Source of the DNA: an uncultured virus (IMG/VR IMGVR_UViG_3300036766_000780)
Lineage: Duplodnaviria > Heunggongvirae > Uroviricota > Caudoviricetes
DNA length: 64,000 nucleotides
Strand: one strand, 5' to 3'
Virus record (IMG/VR): IMGVR_UViG_3300036766_000780
In this document: piece after piece, positions 60,231 through 64,000 of the stretch
Numbering within the stretch: the first letter of the stretch is position 1
Layout: every line of letters starts with the position of its first letter
Made by a program: the position numbers and the translations under genes
Notes under the pieces: generated by a model
Databases searched by the model: none
What the model saw: only the letters and a program-made list of their open reading frames with translations
What the model was told of the DNA's origin: nothing

Positions 60231-60425
60231 TTAATTCTTCTCTAAAGCTTTTTCTAATGTTTTCATAGCTTCGTTCACACCATACAGGGACTCATGAAGA
60301 TTCTTTATAACTAGATGATGATTGCTACTTTGGTTTACTCTTAAGATCCTAGCATAAACATCCATAAGTTCTTTAAGTTCTTCTTTGTCTTTTTCCTTTT
60401 CTTTGTCCGTTAAGTGTAGACTCAT
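60231..60425 (-). CDS. Hypothetical protein
   Basis: ORF track; operon spacing. Confidence 0.55.
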   Translation of the reverse strand: MSLHLTDKEKEKDKEELKELMDVYARILRVNQSSNHHLVIKNLHESLYGVNEAMKTLEKALEKN

Positions 60426-60832
60426 TTTATTTCCATATATCTATATTGTGTGGTTCTAGCATAATATTTGTCGTCTTTTTGAAAGAATGAATTTTGTGAG
60501 CTAAAATAATTATTAACACTCCAGCCCGGCTCAGCAGCCAATGAAGCATACTTTAAAGCATCTATTATTCGTTGTTCGCCATAGTTAGATTTTGGCATTT
60601 CAAACACTAACTCTTTTTGCTCTTTAATCTTACCAACATTATCTAATCCTCTTATTTCAAATTCTATTGGTATGCAGGCTTGACCTGTGATTGCCCTAGT
60701 GAAATCTTCTAAAGATAAACTAAGTTCTAAAAATTTGATATCAGAATTTTCATCTTGTATTTCAATATTCATTCTAGAAACGCCATAACAGATAGGTTTG
60801 CTTATTGAAATATTTCCCTCAAGTTTTTTCAT
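60422..60832 (-). CDS. Hypothetical phage protein
   Basis: ORF track; AGGAG RBS. Confidence 0.65.
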   Translation of the reverse strand: MKKLEGNISISKPICYGVSRMNIEIQDENSDIKFLELSLSLEDFTRAITGQACIPIEFEIRGLDNVGKIKEQKELVFEMPKSNYGEQRIIDALKYASLAAEPGWSVNNYFSSQNSFFQKDDKYYARTTQYRYMEIK

Positions 60833-60842
60833 AACATTTCTC

Positions 60843-61565
60843 CTAGTTACAGTTAATTGTTCTTTTAGAAACGATAGTGTTATTGTTAACTAATATAGCA
60901 CCTGAGTAAACAGTTATAGTAAACTTAATATTACCAGAACTTACTAATTGCAGTCTAATATCTGTTCTTCTAGATCCAGTTAGCAATGTACCGCCATTAT
61001 CTAATAGATTCTGAGCTGCTGTATATGTATAATTTCTAGGGTTTAAGATCACATCGCCATTTTGCACCAATAAATCTACATCTGTGATAGATAGATGGGT
61101 TGTTAAAGAATTATCATAGTTGTTAACAGAAGTAAGGAACTGTCCAGAACTGTCAAAGCTAACTCTCCCAGCGTGATCAACTAATAACTCAACCTGACCG
61201 CCGTTATCACATCGCCAGAATCCTTCCAGGCTTTGTGGAACTTCTACCGTAGTCGGTACATTTACATATTGAACGTCTGTTTTGTTACAAGCCATAAGAA
61301 ACACCGCTAAGAACAATATAATCAATTTCATCAATTTCATCAATTTCATATATTCTCCTATTGTGTTTTGTCTTTTTTTAGACAAAACAAGTCCGTTATC
61401 TTTGATAAATGATAGTAATTCATCGGAAAAATCTTCTGATACATATATTTCGCCTTGATATCCAGCGGTAATTAAGTCATAATCGTTTTCAAGACCAAAT
61501 ATACCTTGAGATCTATCTTTCATAAACTCATCAATTATTTTTAGAAATTTTTCTTCAGCAGTCAT
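60843..61565 (-). CDS. ORF containing an internal lipoprotein gene (start 61349)
   Basis: Internal AGGAG followed by MKLMKLMKLIILFLAVFLMAC lipobox. Confidence 0.6.
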   Translation of the reverse strand: MTAEEKFLKIIDEFMKDRSQGIFGLENDYDLITAGYQGEIYVSEDFSDELLSFIKDNGLVLSKKRQNTIGEYMKLMKLMKLIILFLAVFLMACNKTDVQYVNVPTTVEVPQSLEGFWRCDNGGQVELLVDHAGRVSFDSSGQFLTSVNNYDNSLTTHLSITDVDLLVQNGDVILNPRNYTYTAAQNLLDNGGTLLTGSRRTDIRLQLVSSGNIKFTITVYSGAILVNNNTIVSKRTINCN

Positions 61566-61575
61566 TTTATCCTCC

Positions 61576-61872
61576 TTATTTTAACTCAATTGTTACGGTT
61601 CCGTTTCTAAAATCACTACTATTGATAGTTCCGTCTAATTCTCTCTTTTCTACTATAGTCATTCTTGTCCACTTTGAAATATATCCAGCATCTTTATGAA
61701 TACCGATAGGACTGTTTCTTTCCATTTCTCCTACAGTGTAACCATTGTCTCTCGCCCAATTCATAGCATCATAATAGGCAGAAAAGGTTGTATTGTTGCC
61801 TGTAAATATGATCTTTTTGTCTTCTATCGTAACGTCGCCTACATAGAACCCTACTTTTCTTGAATTATCCAT
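61576..61872 (-). CDS. Hypothetical phage protein
   Basis: ORF track; GGAG RBS. Confidence 0.65.
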   Translation of the reverse strand: MDNSRKVGFYVGDVTIEDKKIIFTGNNTTFSAYYDAMNWARDNGYTVGEMERNSPIGIHKDAGYISKWTRMTIVEKRELDGTINSSDFRNGTVTIELK

Positions 61873-62017
61873 ACACTATCTCCCTTGCTTCTTTTAAAAG
61901 CTCTATATTAGTTGGATATGCATCTGAGTCAAAGTCTAGGATATCTAATACATCTTCTTTAGATATGCCATCTTTTTTGAGATTTCTAAACCATAAAATT
62001 AATTCTTGTAAATTCAT
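61865..62017 (-). CDS. Small hypothetical protein (50 aa)
   Basis: Hand translation MNLQELILWF...; GAGGAG RBS; TTGACA-16-TATACT promoter at 62038-62065. Confidence 0.6.
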   Translation of the reverse strand: MNLQELILWFRNLKKDGISKEDVLDILDFDSDAYPTNIELLKEAREIVYG

Positions 62018-62110
62018 ATTTGCTCCTCGTTTAAATCAGTATATCATATCCAGAAATAATGTCAACTTCAACAAAATGTGTTTAATAATGGTATCGCAAC
62101 ACGTTTTAAT

Positions 62111-62170
62111 AAGTCCATATTTGGCACTTTAACGTATAAAAAGTCCATATTTGGCACTTTAACGTATAAA
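62111..62170. repeat. Perfect 30-bp tandem duplication
   Basis: AAGTCCATATTTGGCACTTTAACGTATAAA twice. Confidence 0.95.
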
Positions 62171-62278
62171 AAGACCTTATTCTTCAATGTGAACCTAGAA
62201 GTAACTTGGCACGTTACCTATGCTTATTATGTAGTTGAGTTGACGATAATGTCAATTCAGATGCTTAATGAATTCATG

Positions 62279-62713
62279 TTAAATATGTGACGCAAGTTCT
62301 TGATAATAGTAGCCTTTGTTATAAATGTAACAGCCAGATGACCCAAACGTAGTTGGATACATTATACTTAAAGGGCATCCATTCATGCTTTTACCTGTAT
62401 TATGTCCAAGTCCTAACACACAGTGACCAAGTTCGTGCATTATTAGTATCTCTTTTTGATCATCGCTAGCCATAGACCAGTAAACAGGATCTATTTGAAT
62501 TACTCTAACGCCGTTCCCATAAGTTAAGCATTGACCTATTGTAGGTAATGGTAATACTTCAAATTCAGCACCGATATTAACTGGGTTTACTCCTATATAA
62601 TTATGAAATCTATTAAAATATTCATCAAACTCTGGATCAACAGAAATTGAATGTTGTTCCATGTAAGTTTGTTTACCACATGCGACTAACAATAATAGTA
62701 TTATAAATCTCAT
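62279..62713 (-). CDS. Lipoprotein metzincin-like metallopeptidase
   Basis: LVAC lipobox; HELGHCVLGLGH; SIM Met-turn. Confidence 0.85.
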   Translation of the reverse strand: MRFIILLLLVACGKQTYMEQHSISVDPEFDEYFNRFHNYIGVNPVNIGAEFEVLPLPTIGQCLTYGNGVRVIQIDPVYWSMASDDQKEILIMHELGHCVLGLGHNTGKSMNGCPLSIMYPTTFGSSGCYIYNKGYYYQELASHI

Positions 62714-62938
62714 AATTTATTATACCATATTTAGACAAATTATCAACTTTTATGGTAATATGATGTATGGCGAAAAATCAATCACTTACATTATTAGGAT
62801 ATGTCAATTTTTTAGTCATTAGATGGATAAAAATACAATATATGAATAAGATTACAGAAGCTCACATATTAACCTTACCACACTGGGACATAGCTCAATC
62901 AATGTATAAGGGTCTTGTCTTATATATAAAGGAATCGT

Positions 62939-63493
62939 ATGCTTAATAAAATTGTAGAACTGCTAATCGCTTTTATGCCCCTAATCCTATCCTTTGTCTT
63001 TATAGGTATAGCTTACGTTAAGAATAAAAACTTAATGAGAATAGACTGGGCAACTGTTAAGAAAGTAACTTTAATAGTTTTATTAGCTAAACTAGTGAAT
63101 ATAGGCATAATAGATCTACAAGTACATCTGGGGTTAGTTAGTAAGATCCAATTATTGGAAGGCACTCAGATGCCAATGCCGTTTTGGTGGTTTTTCATGG
63201 TCTTTTGGGAAGACGGGTTTTACGGCTTAGTTATCTATTATTTAATGGAAGTTGATAAAATATTGCCTAAGTTTGTTAAAAAAATCATTATATTTGGTAT
63301 TTGCTTTAACTTTATGTTAGGACATTTGTATCAAGGAGCTATAGGAATGTTGGCAATCCTGTATCCTTTTTATATTAGTTATAAATACGGTAAAAAGAAC
63401 GGATTCGGTACTGTAATGATTTGTCATATTTTGTTTGACTTAATAAGTTACATGATGTATAGTTTCTATGTGAAGGTAATTTTATGGGGATAA
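62939..63493 (+). CDS. CPBP/Abi-family intramembrane metalloprotease
   Basis: Several TMs; WED, F...H.YQG and H...D motifs. Confidence 0.75.
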   Translation: MLNKIVELLIAFMPLILSFVFIGIAYVKNKNLMRIDWATVKKVTLIVLLAKLVNIGIIDLQVHLGLVSKIQLLEGTQMPMPFWWFFMVFWEDGFYGLVIYYLMEVDKILPKFVKKIIIFGICFNFMLGHLYQGAIGMLAILYPFYISYKYGKKNGFGTVMICHILFDLISYMMYSFYVKVILWG

Positions 63494-63686
63494 AATAAAC
63501 AACGCATCTTGTAAATTAATAAAGGATATGTAAAATGGACAAGTTACAATTAATAAATACAATCGTTAGCGGACTATTGTCTATGCTTTTAAGTAAGACG
63601 GGCATTGTTAATATAGCATTTAAAGTCTTATTTATGGTATTATTTGTATATAATGTACTTAGATTAGCAGGAAGAGTATAAAAAGT

Positions 63687-63902
63687 ATGACTAAAAAAGA
63701 ATTTGAACAACTAGGCAAAAATATTCTTAAATGGAAACGTGAGTACTATAAACTAGGTAACCCATCTATTTCTGACGTAACTTATGATTATCAAGAATAT
63801 CTATATGCTCAAGAAGCTACTAAGAGAAAGATCGAGAAGAATGAATTAGGTGAGATAATTGATGGGAAGTTTTATATTAACGTTGGATATGTAGGAGAAT
63901 AA
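63687..63902 (+). CDS. Stand-alone NAD-dependent DNA ligase domain Ia-like protein
   Basis: EYYKLGNPSISDVTYD matches the LigA YY...P.ISD..YD motif. Confidence 0.65.
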   Translation: MTKKEFEQLGKNILKWKREYYKLGNPSISDVTYDYQEYLYAQEATKRKIEKNELGEIIDGKFYINVGYVGE

Positions 63903-64000
63903 AATGAATACGCCAACCCTAGACCCATACAAGTTTGACTATGATGATGTTATCGAATGGGTTGTTGACTCACTACAAAGAAAGTGTCTATCAACCAAAT

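Noticed and set aside
1..64000. Stop-codon reassignment
   Set aside because: Long genes are intact in the standard code, and TAA, TAG and TGA all end plausible genes.

Overview
AT-rich (roughly one third GC by eye) segment of a large contractile-tailed dsDNA phage, read in the standard genetic code. It holds the virion morphogenesis region: intein-split terminase large subunit, a GroEL-like chaperonin, major capsid protein, scaffold, prohead protease, neck and tail-completion genes, sheath, tube, fibre, tape measure, and baseplate hub and spike. Sigma70-driven accessory genes, two free-standing homing endonucleases, a second intein and a tRNA-Ile(UAU) are interspersed. Main leads: (1) at 58629-59711, a strong promoter and the N- and C-terminal remnants of a solitary Cas7/RAMP-like gene, followed directly by a 37-unit NGT-NN pentamer array. 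This looks like a VIPR-type RNA-guided locus whose middle was replaced by GC-richer foreign DNA. (2) A probable head-cargo system: a recurrent hydrophobic-x-K|S/A motif matching the predicted capsid maturation site separates the domains of a 2223-aa effector polyprotein (GNAT, VTC, two ART-like domains) and punctuates several other proteins. These proteins share a KKYT[ED] N-terminus or a PNLPKSE module. (3) An mCpol-domain protein in the neck module. (4) A recurrent AATCTT late-promoter motif, IHF-consensus boxes and several apparently leaderless sigma70 genes. All family assignments come from motif recognition by eye, not database searches.
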